Assembly: GCA_951406725.2 (NCBI GenBank)
Contig: OX597828.1
Coordinates: 29,636,001-29,700,000, forward strand
Source: Octopus vulgaris
Lineage: Eukaryota
Reading direction: 5' to 3'
Length of the DNA: 64,000 nucleotides
The first letter of the stretch is position 1; each line of letters begins with the position of its first letter. This document shows positions 28,818 to 44,771 of this stretch, piece after piece. A program made the translations under genes and the position numbers. The notes beneath the pieces are model-generated. The model was not told where the DNA came from. It worked only from the letters and a program-made list of their open reading frames with translations, and made no database searches.

Positions 28818-29325
28818 CATGTGTGTATGTATGTATTTGTGTATGTATGTATGTATGTATGTATGTATGTATGTATGTATGTATGTATGTATGTATGGAT
28901 GCATGTATGTATGTACATACACACAGCATACATACATACATACATGTATGTATGCATGCATGTATGTATGCATGAATGTATGTATGAACGTATGCCTGTA
29001 TGTACATACGCGTATGCATGCATGTATGTATGTATATATGTGTATGTATGTATGTATGTATGTATGTATGTACGTATTATGAATGCAATGTATGTATGTA
29101 TGTGTATATATATCCGTATGTATGCAATTATACGTATGTGTATGTATGTATGCATGTATGTAAGTGTGTATGTATTTATACCTGTGTGTATGTATGCATG
29201 CATGTGTGTATGTATGCTTGCATTTATGTATGTATGGATGGATGTGATGCATGGATGGATGTGTGTATGTATGTACGTGTGTATACCTGTATGTATGCAT
29301 CTATGTACGTATGTGTATGCATGTC
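28818..29325. repeat. Degenerate (ATGT)n tetranucleotide array
   Basis: Direct reading. Confidence 0.95.
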
Positions 29326-29429
29326 TAGACATGCGCATATATACTTAAATTACACAATCACAGATTCTTTTACAATTCCAGTGATGGCTTGGATTTGTAT
29401 TCTTCCAATCGGCATTCTACTTTCTGGTT

Positions 29430-29703
29430 TGCGAAGTCTAATTTCTCAAGACTTTTTTCTAGGCAGTGTGTTACGTATCTCAGTGCCCCAATAATTACAG
29501 GTTTAAACCTGAACTTGTAGTCTGCGTTGAGTAACTATAGATTTCTCAGTAGTTCAGCATAGGTATTTTCTTTTTTGCCGATCTTTAACTTTATGTTAAC
29601 GTCCGCTGGGCAGCTGATTTCCACAACTGTACACAGTTTTTCTGCTGTTTCACAAATCATTACTTCAGATCTGTTATGTTTACATTTACTTAACGTTTTC
29701 ACT
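29430..29703 (-). mobile_element. Restriction-like endonuclease non-LTR retrotransposon 3' fragment (distinct family)
   Basis: KCKHNRSEVMI..KLCTVVEISCPADVNIKLKIGKKENTYAELLRNL followed by YKFRFKPVIIGAL: degenerate RPD..E..K..Y endonuclease motif. Confidence 0.75.
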
Positions 29704-29803
29704 GTATGTATGTATGTATGTATTCTTATATATATGCGAGTACATATATATATATATGCATACATACATACACTCATAAATATATATATATAAATACACA
29801 CAC

Positions 29804-29867
<64 letters not shown>

Positions 29868-30071
29868 TTAAATTAGAGATAAAAACCATTATTAGGCAAA
29901 ACAAACAGTGAAAAACATAAACCAAAACATAGAAATAAAAATAATTAATATAATATACAAAATATATAAAATATAAAATTTTAAATTTAAATTAAAAATT
30001 TTATTTATACTGTGAAATTAGATTTAATCCTAAATCTAATTTTTCCCTGTAAGTTTGGATTTACTCCCTAA

Positions 30072-30187
<116 letters not shown>

Positions 30188-30390
30188 TCAATACACACAC
30201 GCATATGTGTTGTGTGTATGTGTGTATGTGTGCCTGCGTTAATGTCGAAGAATGAGGATGAGTGTTCAACACCGTATTGGTGGATAAAAATTCTTCATTT
30301 CTGTATCAAGGTTACGATTGGTTTCGTGTTGAGAAAATATCTTAACACTCTCAAGCCAATCACATGAAGAAATTGGTGTTCGCCTCCATT

Positions 30391-30916
<526 letters not shown>

Positions 30917-30953
30917 TTTTCTCTTTGTCTCTGTGCATATATATATATGTATG

Positions 30954-31002
<49 letters not shown>

Positions 31003-31009
31003 GTATATA

Positions 31010-31061
<52 letters not shown>

Positions 31062-31544
31062 CCATAATTCTTTTAGAATTCACATCATGATAGGAGCACT
31101 GCATTCACTGAGACAATATATTCTAGCACAGACATGTGTACTTCTCTCTGATATAAAAATATAATTTTGCAAATGTAATCGTACAGGTGTAGTTCAATGA
31201 ATAAAGAGTAGCTAGATATCTTGAATAATAATATAATAATATAATAATAATATAAATGAGATAACATGATACAGATGCTTTGAATAGAATATCAAAAACA
31301 ATAAAGATTACATATACGAAAGGAAAAATAAAGAAAAGAATGAAAATTCTAAAGAGCATCTTAAATTATAAAAGATCATAAAAACCTCGACCAAATTTTA
31401 GACCTCTCATTCTTGATAAGATATATTAGACAATGCACTTTAGAATTGTACTACCATTTATTAATAGAAGAGTAAACTGTTCCTATGCAGAAAGATAAAA
31501 CGAAGAATAGTGGAGTAAACAAGTAGATATTTACATATGTTTGG

Positions 31545-31785
31545 AATGTGTGGAAAGACACTTGCTTCTCTGCTACATGGTTCCGGTTTCAGTCCCACTG
31601 CGCAGCACTGCGGGCAAGTGTCTTGTACTATAGGCACGGACTGACCAAAGTTTGTGAGTGAATTTGGTAGATGGAAACTCAAAGAATCCCTCTGTGTTTG
31701 TGTTCATATGTGAGTGTGTGGTGTGTTTGTGTTTGAGTTTGTTGTCCCCCCACCACCACTTCACTACCGGTGTTGGTTTGTGTAA
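31545..31785 (-). mobile_element. CORE-like SINE, degraded (family orientation is plus-strand as read: head TGTGTGGAAAGA, GGTTTCAGTCCCACTGCG)
   Basis: Matches the 48262-48638 family along the plus strand. Family assignment is firm; treat the orientation as plus. Confidence 0.5.
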
Positions 31786-31849
31786 TGAGGCTCACGAACT
31801 GAAGAGTACCGTATATGAGACCCTTCTGTAGGATTGCTGGGAGAATGGA

Positions 31850-32200
31850 TATCAGTTATGGCTTTTTCCAGTCGAGGTTGGCTGTAGGGAGTTCCCTGCT
31901 CTGTTGGCATCGAAGATACTTACAGGTATTGGAATGAGAGGAAAGAAGCGAAGGGTGTCTGAGTGCAGAACGGCAGAGGCAGCTGAAAGAGCCTGTTGTT
32001 GACCTTGGAGCAAGAGAGAGTAGTTAAGCTGGAAGACAGGAGGAGATGATGGACAGTTACCTGGCCACATCTGCTGACCCGCCAACAGGAGGGCGTTACG
32101 GTTCAGGGACGAAATACCTGATGACCGTTTGATACCCTCTAATGACATCAGTTCCTCCTGGCCAAAGCTTCATTCCCTTTGGTGGATGGAAAAAGCACTT
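31850..32200 (-). mobile_element. PLE RT thumb/linker remnant
   Basis: ISSLNRNALL..PPVFQLNYSLLLQGQQQAL..VLHSDTLRFFPLIP resembles the PLE pattern LDR..LL..PFVLTYHP..LQSDP..IFP.PP. Confidence 0.45.
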
Positions 32201-32290
32201 CCTTCTAGGTGTTATTATCACCCCCACCCGCATATGTATGTATGTATGTATATATGCATGTATGTATGTATGTATATATATGTATGTATG

Positions 32291-32355
<65 letters not shown>

Positions 32356-32559
32356 TATACACACATGCCTATATATATGTGTGTGCGCGCGTGTGATTTT
32401 GATGTAGCAACTTCAAAAATATTCTTAATTTTTTGAGATATAATTTTAATGGAATCAAAACGCCTTACTTCATGGGCAATAGATAATTGGCCGAAGGATA
32501 CCATGAACTACAAGTGAATTACTTTATGATGTTCTAGGAAATGAAGAATAAGAAGGTCC

Positions 32560-32800
32560 TAGGATTGAAATAAATCGACAAAGAAAAATCGTTTGATGTA
32601 ATTCCATTTTTCTGGTTTATAGAATTACTGAAAATATTTGACATTCATGAGGCAATGCAATAATTTTAATGAGATCGTGGCAAACCGATATGAATAATTG
32701 GTTGAAAGATTTTGGTTGAAACAGAGATCAAACTAGGTATTCGTCAGGAAGATCTATTGCGGCCATGTCTGCCTGTTATTGATTTGGTTATTCTTGTACC
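32560..32800 (+). mobile_element. R4-type RT core remnant
   Basis: IDKEKSFDVIPFFWFIELLKIFDI resembles IDYKKAFDSVPHSW, and IKLGIRQEDLLRPCL resembles RGIFQGDSLSPLL. Confidence 0.6.
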
Positions 32801-33129
32801 AAATACATTATAAAAGAGCGAAAGAGCGAAAGAGCAAAGCAGAGTGTCACTTAGGCGAAAGTAATGATGGAACTAATTTTCATTGGTAAATACAACGCTT
32901 ATTCCAATAATTACAAATTGGATTATTCCAAAGTCTGTTAGCATTTTAGGAAAATGGTAAATGCAGTTTGTCTTTATCAAGTGATTCATGAATCTGTGTG
33001 TGTGTGTGTGTGTGTGTACGCGCACTCGTCTATGTGTGTGTGGATGTGTGTGTGTGTGTGGATGGTGTGTTTGTATGTAAAGGAGTGAGTATATGTGAGC
33101 TACGGGTAGAGTTTGAGAGAGAAGATCAT

Positions 33130-33490
33130 ATCTTACAGTCACAAACATAGAGGACAAAACAGAAGGTCATTGATGGAGTGTAAAAGAGAACGCGATGTAA
33201 AGCTGAGTATGTGTATATAAATGAGGGCTCCCTCATCAAGTAAAAGCAAAGCTCAATAGAGAGGCAATTATTAAAGGGGTCAGCTTTATGTTGGGAAGAA
33301 TGAGAACTATGGAAATTTGATAATTTTATAAACGCGAAATCAAGTAATTTTGTCACGTAAGTCGAAGAGGACAGTTGAACAATATTGAGGGATAGATTGA
33401 AAGGAAAGTGGTGGAAATACGATGTTTGTTGATAGCCGGGGTATGATGAAGAACAGGCTGTGCCTTTTACTGTATAGCTACTGATTTCCA
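33130..33490 (-). mobile_element. PLE RT C-terminal remnant
   Basis: FPFNLSLNI..LSSSTYVTKLLD..LSNFHSSHSSQHK..LSIELC resembles LPFLD..LSTSVYTKPTD..YLNFSSSHP.H.K..LRRLC. Confidence 0.45.
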
Positions 33491-34619
33491 AAGTTATTCA
33501 TTTGATGTATTGATTGATTGATCAATACCTATATAAAAGTAATATTGAGAGGATATGCAGGTTGCCTTGAGTAGCCGAAAAATGGTATGGATGAAATGGA
33601 TGGGTGCAGCAGAAACAGCTATACAATGCACAACGGATTACATTCATGGAGAATTTTCGGTAGGCTGTATATAAATAAGAGACAGAGAGCGACTCAATAT
33701 AATAAACACAGTACACTTGTCAATTATAGGGAGTAGAAAAATTCGTAAAGAAATGTGGAAGAGAAGCTTATATGGGAAGATAGAAAAATCAATGACGAAT
33801 ATATCGAAGCAGAAATGGATTACAAACAAAATAAAAAGGAAAAATAGATGCATATCTGGAAAGAAAAAAAAGTGCTACATTGTCAGTTTTTCAAGCAAAC
33901 AGAAGACATTGTATCTAATTTTATCGATCCCGAAAGAATGAAAAGCAAATCGACCTCGGCGGGATTTTATCTTCAAAACGAAGAAGGGATGAAAGTAAAT
34001 AATGGTAAAACGAAAATCACTGCCGCTCCCATGACTTCTGTGTTGGCATTAAAACTTTTAACGAGTTTATCTGCATGCCAACTAGCGATATGTTCTAGCT
34101 GTAGTAATCTTCAAATCCCTAAAGGATTTCGGATATACATTTCATACTCTCAGACAAAAATTCAAAACTCTATGTACATAGACCAAAAAATCGTCATTAT
34201 CATGAACTTTCTGTCGACATTTATATTTTTCCCAAGTCATCAAAAACTTTACCTGCATAAAATATGTGAACAGATAATGTACTGGGCAAGCAAACTGCGA
34301 GTTGCGTGTTCAAATAACAAGTGAAGTGGTTTCTTTTTTTTTCTAGTCAAGATATATTTTATTCTTCATGATTCAATGCATAAAAGTGTTAAAAGGGAAT
34401 AATTCCAACACCTGTATAACTAGTGATGTGCTTGCGTTGTATAGGTGTGTTACAATTCAAAATCCGCCACATGGTATAACAGAACGATCTTAATACACCA
34501 TTTATTTTAACGTTTGATATCCTAACGAGAACGACAAACAGTGTGAATTTACATTTGTGCACAATGTCTGTATAAATACCCTTTGAAAGTAAAGAAATTG
34601 CTGCTTTGGACAAGCGCTT

Positions 34620-35200
34620 GTAGTAGTCAAGAAAAGAGAAAAGAGGAAGTGGAGGATGGGGTGGGGATACGCTTTTAGGACAGTGATAAAATCTGCTAAG
34701 ATGGCAGACAGGGAGCGATTCTGTGTTTTTCTGTGGTTATTGGGTGGACATTTGTATCAGGATGGAACCTGGAACCTGATTGCACCTTAGTAAATACGGA
34801 GAAATAGAATCTGTTGAAGCAGAGGAAAGTTGTGCTGTTGAGCTGAAGCATAGTGTGAGAGTTGAAGAAGAATTTGATGGTTAGGGGTCTACTGTGATGG
34901 GGGTTGACGGTTTAAGGTGTGGATGGGGGAAGAAAAGGTCTATAGTTTAATTTAGATGGGGACAGGGATGAAAGAAGAAGCGGCTGAAGAGGTAGAGGGC
35001 TAAGTTAGTGTCATGGCCGTGTGATGAAAGAGCTGCTACCAAAAGTGATGAGAAATTGGAAGCATTTAAATATAAGCTCAGTGGCAAATTTGCATGTGGA
35101 AACGATGAGGTGGCCAGAGGGGTTAATTTTATTGACCTTGGGCAGAGGTAAATGGTAAAGATGGGCGATAAGAATGTGCATATAAGAAGAAGAGAGGGAA
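34620..35200 (-). mobile_element. PLE RT N-terminal remnant
   Basis: LPLPKVNKINPSGHLIVSTCKFATELIFKCF at about 35060-35150 resembles YLLPKIHK.NNPGRPIVSACSCPTELISKYL. A motif-B-like stretch lies near 34770-34830. Confidence 0.65.
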
Positions 35201-36444
35201 GAAGATGACTTAGGGAATGCTGGTGGACATGAGTTTCAGGTTACTAGGAGTATGGTTACAGAGCATGGGAGTGAATATTCGCTTTAAGGACCTGTCCAAG
35301 AGCTCAAGGGCTTTGGCCTTTGTAATGCCAGACCATTCCGTCTTAAAGATGTTAGGAGTTTAAATATTCTCAAAATCTTTCAACAGTTTGACACACAGCA
35401 GGTAAAAGGTAGCTCAACATATTTATTATTAAACCCTTTCACCTTCTCCTATCAAATCACAATCTACTTACATTAAGTCTCTCAAAAATCATAATTTCCA
35501 GGGTTCTCCACCAAAATATATCAGTGAGTTCTACGCAATCGCAAACGTTCAGCGGATTTTACTTTCCGCAAGCGTTAGCTGATGTAAAAAAAAAGAAAGA
35601 AAGAAATTCCTGCTCGACTTTACTGCAATTCCAATGAAATAACTCTACAAAGTCGTAAGAAGTTTCTCTCACTTCCCTCCTCTTCTTTCTCGCTCTCCCT
35701 CGGTAGATATAGAGATATATAGATAGATAGATAGAGAGATAGATACACACATAGCGACTGATCGAGTGACTGTCTAGAAACTCCCGCCTTATCTCGTGAC
35801 GAACTTCTTAGTAGTCGATGGTATTGTACATATTTCGCTGAAAATTCATTAATCATAGTTTCTTGCTGTTGTTTTCCTTCATTTATTCCATCCTGCAAAT
35901 CATTACTATTGTATATAATTTATAGTTTCGTATTAAATGCTTTCAACTTACTTATACTTGTTACTTTTTAACAAATATTTTTGTTTTATACCAAACGATT
36001 TTCCGCTTCTTTTTTCCAGACAACTCAACCTCATTCCACATATATAATGACCATTATAATCAGATTAATATTTCTGCCTTGGACATTTTAAGCATATCAT
36101 TACTTAAATGAATCGATATTTTCTTTACTTATATAAGCACTTTTTTTTTTTCTTTCTATAGATAGTATAAAATCGAATGCGATAACAAATGAATATATTT
36201 GACATATTTCCAATACAAAAACACTAATCATTTTTGAGAAATTATACAGATATTTGGAGGGGAACAATATCCGACGTTGCTTTACAGCAGAACCACATAT
36301 ATTTGTGTGTGCTTGTGTGTACGTACATATATATGCATGTATGTGTATGTGTGTATAATATATATGCATGTATGTGTATGTGTGTATAATATATATGCAT
36401 GTGTGTGTATGTGCATCTATATACATATGTACATGTACATACAC

Positions 36445-36557
<113 letters not shown>

Positions 36558-37082
36558 TAGATGCACACCCAACACAATGCATCATACACACATATAGTTC
36601 GGCTGGCAAGCAATATAGGAAATTGCTTCCCTCCAAACAATACCCAGAAATTATGATTAATGAATTTTCATCAAAATGTATACAACGCTGTAACATTTGT
36701 CATGAGATAAATGGGTGGGGTTTCTTGACAGTCTCCCGACCAGCTTACACGTAGTACCACAGTATTTGGTATAGGACTACTGACTGAATTAACGTGGTGA
36801 CGATCCATGACATTTTCCATTTCTTCCATCATTTAAAGGAAAATATGCACATGGCAAGAACGATTTACCGCATCGGCACAAAACGATTCTGATTTGAGTC
36901 GGATTGTGAGATTTGGTCCCAGTTTGTCAAGTAGACACTCCTACCCGTTTCGTACATATTCCATTGTTCCCAGAATGGGCTAAGAATACAAAATTTGGAT
37001 TGGGAATGTAATAGCTCGTAATAAAAATACACCATCGGCCATTTTAATCTGCCATTGCATAACGTCACATTAGAAATGGTAT

Positions 37083-37480
<398 letters not shown>

Positions 37481-37758
37481 AGAAGAACAATAAGAACAAA
37501 CAGAAGAAGTCTTTTGTGGTTTCAATCGTGGCAAGTTTGATGTCTGGTTTCCTATGCGGCAAGTCTTTTAAATGGCAATATCTAATAATTAGAAAGAACG
37601 GTTTGTGGTACCGATGTCACCGTGTAAGACGAAGTGCGGAGGAGGCTTTGCTTTAAGCTATTGAGGGAAAAATAAGAAAAGATTGTTGGAAATAGAAAGT
37701 TCAAAGCAACAAAACAAAACAAAACAAAACAAGACAACAAAGTATAATGCAATGGATA

Positions 37759-37759
<1 letters not shown>

Positions 37760-37789
<30 letters not shown>

Positions 37790-38081
37790 CATACATACAT
37801 ACATACATACATACATACATACATACATACATACATACATACATACATACATACATACATACATACATACATACATACATAAATGCATACATACATACAT
37901 ACATACATTCATACATACATACATACATACATACAAACATACATACATACATGCATACATACAAACATACATACATACATACATACATATACATGCATAC
38001 ATACAAACATACATACATACATACATACATACATACATACATACATACATACATACATACATACATACATACATACATACA

Positions 38082-38113
<32 letters not shown>

Positions 38114-38203
38114 CATACATACAAACATACATACATACATACATACATACATACATACATACATACATACATACATACATACATACATACATACATACAT
38201 ACA
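37760..38203. repeat. (CATA)n array
   Basis: Direct reading. Confidence 0.98.
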
Positions 38204-39479
38204 TGTGTTTGTGTGCACATGGGCGTGTGTATGAAATAAAAACAAAAAAAAAAACAACAACCCAGCAGAAACAAGGAACTACAAAGACAAAAGAAAAATT
38301 AATTCTATTCTAATTCCTTTTGGAAACATCAATCGAAATGTTTAGAATAGTTTTGATAAAAATATCAAACGGTAATGATATTCGGCTCAAGTCTGGAGCA
38401 TTTTACTTTGAATTTACTCTCATTTGCATTTCACTACTCTCTATGCGCAGACACATTCAATTCATACATGTATTCCAGTTCACACCTTCCCCCTATATGC
38501 ATATATACACATATATACACATGTATGCATGGAGACACACAGACACATACACGCATGTATATATGTATATATATATATGGATGGATGGATGTATATGTAT
38601 ATGTTCAGACATACACGCATGTATACATGCATATATATATATATATATATATATATGGATGGATGGATGGATGTATATGTGTATGTTCAGACATACAGGC
38701 ACATACTCGCACATTATTTTGTTTAACAAAATACAGAGACAGAAATAGGGAGGAAAAAGTGACAGAGAGAGGACACCGTACATGCTGTGGAGTATATATT
38801 TGCATGTACAAAGCTCGTGACACATAACGCTGCTCTGCATAATGGTATCGATCGCTCGAAAAGCCACAAAGAACCAAAACGTCTGTTGTCGTCTGAAGGA
38901 TAACATCAAACGAGAAACTCTGAGTAGCGAAGGTGTGATGAATCACCTGTTTGAAATAATGTTTATACCACGAACAGTTAGACTAAATTTAGTAGTTTTA
39001 GAGGTAAACCATAAATAATGGATTTTCTTTCGATTTTGACGATGAAGTTAAAGTCCAACTTATCAGATTAACATGTATTCCACACTTATGTAACTCTAGC
39101 ATATTTCTAAATCTGAAGCTGTGGTGTGACACCTTATGAGGTAGTTCTGGATGTTAGCTGAAGACACTTGTCCAAGATGTCTCGTAGTGAAATTACTTGG
39201 CACCTCAGGTTTTCAAAGCAAAGCTCTTAACCGATCAGACATACCTGCATCAACATATTAGCAATTACTTAACAGTAACACAGTTATTGTGTTACCAATG
39301 ATTGCAACATCATGGACACTGTTCAAATCACAAAAGTTTCGTTCAATCCGAAAGTTCTACATGTAACTTTTATCCAACACTTAGACTGCATTTATCATCT
39401 CATAACTCTAAAATTAATCTACTGTTCATTTTAATACAGCTAATGGTACCTTTAGCGGAGTCTAAACTTTTGCAAGTAT

Positions 39480-39870
39480 TTGGGCCTGATAACTTCTTGC
39501 CTTCTCATAAGTCTTGCAAACTCTACAAGTGGCTAGAGAGTATTGTCTTCTCGCCTTTGAGCAAACCAGCAAAGAAGTCTTTCCAGGTTGAGCCGTTACT
39601 TTTCAGTATCAATGGGTCACGGGTCCGGCACTGCGGGTATGTGATGAGACTGTTATAAGAAAGGGCCACAAGACGGATTCTTCAAGCCAAGTCAACCCAC
39701 AGCAGACATAGAGGTGGACCAGGAAATGGTTGGATATTATCCATAGTCTCATTTGGTCACACCTGGGAATGCTGCGGGAAAGTATAAAGCCGGCTAGTAC
39801 TGCTTGGACCCTATGACGGAGATGCTTCAAAATTCTAAACACAAGATCCCTCCAGAACGATGTAATGAGA
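39480..39870 (+). mobile_element. RTE-clade LINE 3' end, degraded
   Basis: QVEPLLFSINGSRVRHCGYVMRLL*ERATRRILQAKST..RHRGGP..KWLDIIHSLIWSHLGM resembles VEPLLLRIERSQLRWFGHVLRM..RPRGRPR.RW. Confidence 0.75.
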
Positions 39871-40951
39871 TATTAATACCGCAGAAAAAGATTACTGTTG
39901 TAGGTAGTCATCGAGCAGTACTCCTATTGTTCTTATTGCAGTTGTTTAGCCACAGAGACCTGATAAAGGATATCGGTGATCAAAGACATTCAAGCCAGAA
40001 TGATCCCGTCTTAACTGCACATTCCTGATTGTATTATCCAATCTTTCGCTTTTTCAAACGTTAGGATAAAATATGAGTGTTGGCTGATATATTTAGCAGG
40101 TGGGTTGCCTGCGAATCGGTTCTCTCGTTAGCTAGTTCACCAACGTTTTTATATTTTGCAGTGGTAGCTACAAATATTTCGATGAACAGGGCCTGCAACA
40201 TATTTGTAGGATAAGAAATTCAAATATAATTTAATCATTTAACTAGTTTAGCTGAGTCAGTAATGCATAGAAATATATTGACATTTGAATATTTAAAGGT
40301 ATACACAATTTTATCGAGATACTTGAGAGAAGAAATATTTAAAATCTTAGGCATCAATAAATGTGATTTTCTTCATCTATTTATTTCGCACCTTTCTCTA
40401 AGACTGTCGTTCTCGGGCCGCCGAACTCAACACTTTAAGCTACCAAAAACACTCGAGAGGAACTTACAATGCAACCGTTGATTACAGCGCACAAATATTC
40501 CCCGCCCCCATCTTCGTACAGGGATAAAGTGGATAATTTGAGAATTATGTCTCTTGTCCAGAAGCATAGAAAGGTGATGGTAATAGGATGAGATTCACCC
40601 AAACATTTCATTCGTTATCTGCTCTATTATTTACTCAGCTCTCTGCAAACCATAATTTTCACATCGTAGATAAAAATGAAATTGCATTACATATATAATT
40701 CATTTCATGATATCCATCCATTAATTTATATTAAATACAAGCGACCATAAGGCTAATGCTTATCTTTAGATTTAGTAGGATTAAATGCATTTCAGTGGAT
40801 TCAATCGACTGTAGATTTTCCACCATTAATTTGCGGCTCTATGCCAATGGGGAAAATCAATATTATTAAATAAATAACTTCTAGATAGGAAATAACTTCT
40901 ACTAGATTTCACGCACACACAAGTACGCACGCACACACACACACGCAAACA

Positions 40952-40985
<34 letters not shown>

Positions 40986-42624
40986 TACGTACATACATAT
41001 AAACACGCATGTATACATACAGACATGAATGAAAAAGAAAAATCTACAGAAACCTATACTATTGTCAAGATAAATTGGAATGCGAATTGCCTTGTTCAGC
41101 TAACTAACGAAACACCTGGAATGAATATCAACTTGTGACCTTTCATCTTCTTATTCGAAAATTGATCCACACCTAAGAACTGTAAAGTAATGCGAAACCA
41201 AGATGGATTCCCTATTGTTACAAAGTCTGTGAGATTGGCCCTCCGTGTAAGATCTATATCGTGACATTCTCTATATCAATTTCTCCGTGATAACTGAAAT
41301 CGTGTAGACGTATCTGCAGGAAGAAAAGATGAAAGGGAAATACATCTAAAGACTTTCGAAAGAACTGCATTTTCTAAACTTTCTACTTTTCATTTTTTTC
41401 TAATAAAGAATTTAGAATACAGCAAATTTTGTTATAAGAAACGAATAATGTTGAACTAGAAACACTACTAACGGGAGTTTTATTTTTTTTTAAAGTGTAG
41501 TAGAAGTGGGTGGCTTGGATTCAGTTATATTTAGCAACTTCTCTGTGTTTGTTTGTTGTTTTCCTATCATTTGCGTTGTTAAGTATAACCGCCGCTCTTC
41601 TGTTGCTGATAATGTGAGAGGAGATAATTAGTCAGGTGACTTCAGAGGACGGAGCTCCTTCCACGTCCCTCATCTTACCTCCAACTCAATATATGTTATC
41701 AGGATATTTGCTTTCATCTTACTTTAAGCAGTAAAGAACAAAGAATTTTGTTCAATAAAACAAAATACCAGAAAGAGAGGTTTGAGCAAAGATAAATAAA
41801 TGAATAAGTAAAAAATAACAACCAGAAACAACAATAGCAAATGCAACACAGCAAAACAAAAAGAAAATGTAAAAGAAAGTATCCTTGTTTCTGTAAGCGA
41901 TCTAAGTTAACAACCTCAATAAAAAGAAAACAAAACAGATTCTTCTTGTAAGTAAATATATTTCGAAAAGAAACCTTTACTCCTCGCTGCTGTTGATTGC
42001 AAGCGGTCACGACTTCCTTCATGATTATCTAACTTCATCCTTTCGGGATCCCTTTTATGGAAAGAATGGGAAGATGTACACAGCCATAAAGGCTTCATGC
42101 CAAAACACCTTTTTTTTTTTAAGTATGTGCTTACACTTGCTTGTTATTATTGATATTTTCTCTAAGGCATAAATATTTATCACTGGCATGACTAGATCGG
42201 AACAGTTGTGAGTCGAAAATATTCTTAGAATTCCAAGCAAGCATTGGTTCTCAATGGTGCCACGAAGAATGTTTTCGTTTGGATTTGCATGTTTTCGTTT
42301 TGGATTTGTACCCTTATTCCTTGGCTTCAACGCGAACGTATGCAATATTACAAGAAGAACATGTGAATGTGTGTGTGTATGTGTATTTTTGTAAATATAT
42401 GTCTGTGTATGTGGTACGTAAGTCTGTACATGTGACGTAGATACACGTTTATACATACATACTTACATGTGTGCATATATACACATATACTTATATACAT
42501 ACATATACACGTGCATGCATGCATACATACGTACACGCACACACGCACACACATACATATGTATATATATGAAAATGTGTGTGGGAGGGATACATATGTA
42601 ATTATCGATATTTTCACTCAGATA

Positions 42625-43212
42625 TCAGTTCAAGTTCCCCCAAGGTCGACTTTACCGTCATCATTTGGAGATCGATAAAACAAGTACCAGTCAAGCACTA
42701 GCGTCGAAGTAATCGACTATACCCCCCCCCCCAGAAAAAAGTGCTAGCCATATCCTAAAACCTCAAAACGGTTTTAATAACGTCTATTAGTAGAAATTTA
42801 CTGAAATGCAATTTCCACACGCGTATGACAATAATCATTTCTACACTAGGCACAAGGCCTGGGATTTTGGGCAGTGGTAAAGTCTATTATATCGACCCCA
42901 CGACTTCCCTGGTACTTAATTTATCGACCCCGAAAGGATGAAAGGCAAAGTCAACCTCGGCGGAATTTAAACTCAGAACATATTTATGGTAATGTTTTCT
43001 TTTCTATTCTAGGCACAAGGCCCAAAAGTTTTGGGGAGGGGGCCAGTCGGTTAGATCGACCCCAGTTCGCAACTGGTACTTAATTTATCGACCCCAAAAG
43101 GATGGAAGACAAAGGTAACCTCGGCGGAATTTGAATTCTGAACATAATGACGGACAAATTGCTGCTGAGCATTTTGCCCGACGTGCTAACGCTTCTGCGT
43201 GCCCGCCGCCTT
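42625..43212. mobile_element. Cluster of three Meta-like SINEs (+ 42625-42770; - 42836-42980; - 43000-43212)
   Basis: Conserved core in each; head GCCGCCTT at about 43205-43212. Confidence 0.85.
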
Positions 43213-43614
43213 AGACATGTATGATAATGACGGCTTCAGGCATATGAATACGATTATAAAATTAACATGAATCAAGTCGAGTCTTGAGTCGATTAAATCG
43301 TCCCTCGGACATGACTGGTACGTATATAAAGACTCGGAGAGTATGAAAAGAAAAGGTTGTTTCGTTGATGTTTGATATAAGTTTGTAGCGATAATCGATT
43401 AGAAGCCAGAGGGAATCTCATCCGATGGTCTATCATTTTAACCGGCATTATAATAGCGCAACAAAGTATACAATAACAACAATATTAGAAATATAATTTC
43501 AAATAATGAAAATAAACATAGGTATATTTAGAATAAATATTAATAACAATTTTTCAATTAAAAAAACATTATATATATATAAAGATGTTTATATCCATAA
43601 ACATGGATACATAT

Positions 43615-43645
<31 letters not shown>

Positions 43646-43694
43646 AATGTGCGTGTGTGTGTGTGTATATATATATATATATGCATGTGTGTAC

Positions 43695-43773
<79 letters not shown>

Positions 43774-44227
43774 CATATATATATATATGTACATATATAT
43801 ATATATACATATATATATATACATATATATATATACTTAATAGAAATATGATTTTACATTCTTAAGTGCACACATAAATACACAAACACATAAGTGTGCT
43901 TGTGTGTGTGTGTCTTTGTGTGTGTGTTTGTGTGTGTGTGTTTATACGTACTTATCAGTATATATATATAATCTTTGTCTCTGCTTTCTTTTGTGAATTC
44001 CTTGTTCTCTTTATGAATCTAACCACATCTATAGAAATTCTTAAATGCTGCGAGCTTGGCAACAATTTGTTCATCAAACACGGCATAGAAATTATATTGA
44101 CACACAGACGCACACACCTACGCACGCACACATACACAACATCTATGTATATATACATACACATATTTACGTATGTACGTATATCTATCTATCTTTCTAT
44201 CTATCAATCAATCTATCTATCTATATC

Positions 44228-44319
<92 letters not shown>

Positions 44320-44771
44320 GCTAGCTAGCTATATACACACACTCATGTATGTATGTATGGCGCATTAAAGAGTGTGTGTATTCAATAAATAACTGAGAGT
44401 AATTAGCATAGCGGTTCCCTCGCGGCATATTCTTATACAACAATTACTCTTTTTGTTCTACAAACGAAAACTGAATAAACATAACGTTCATTGTCTGGAA
44501 AAATTTTCTTCCATTCTCTTCACTAAGCAGTTTAATATTAGCTGGTGCTGCTATGCAGACTTCAATTCTATAATCCAAACAAATTATTGCGTTTAAGAAA
44601 TCCAACAACAAAGAATTCCTTGAATAAGACCTTGCGTCGCAATGTAAATATAAATTTCAATAAAAGTCGGTAAGAAAGTCGATGAATAAGGCGGTGGGAT
44701 CGATGAAAAAACGTTGCGGCGGCGCCAAAGACGAGGTTTGTGATAATAATAATAATAATTATTATTATTGA

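Noticed and set aside
31793-31832. CTGAAGA-GTA..TAT-GAGAC hammerhead candidate
   Set aside because: GAAA is broken and there is no convincing stem I or stem III.
36760-37070. Complex minus-strand segment as a host exon
   Set aside because: All frames contain stops or lack recognisable motifs, and there are no clear splice boundaries.
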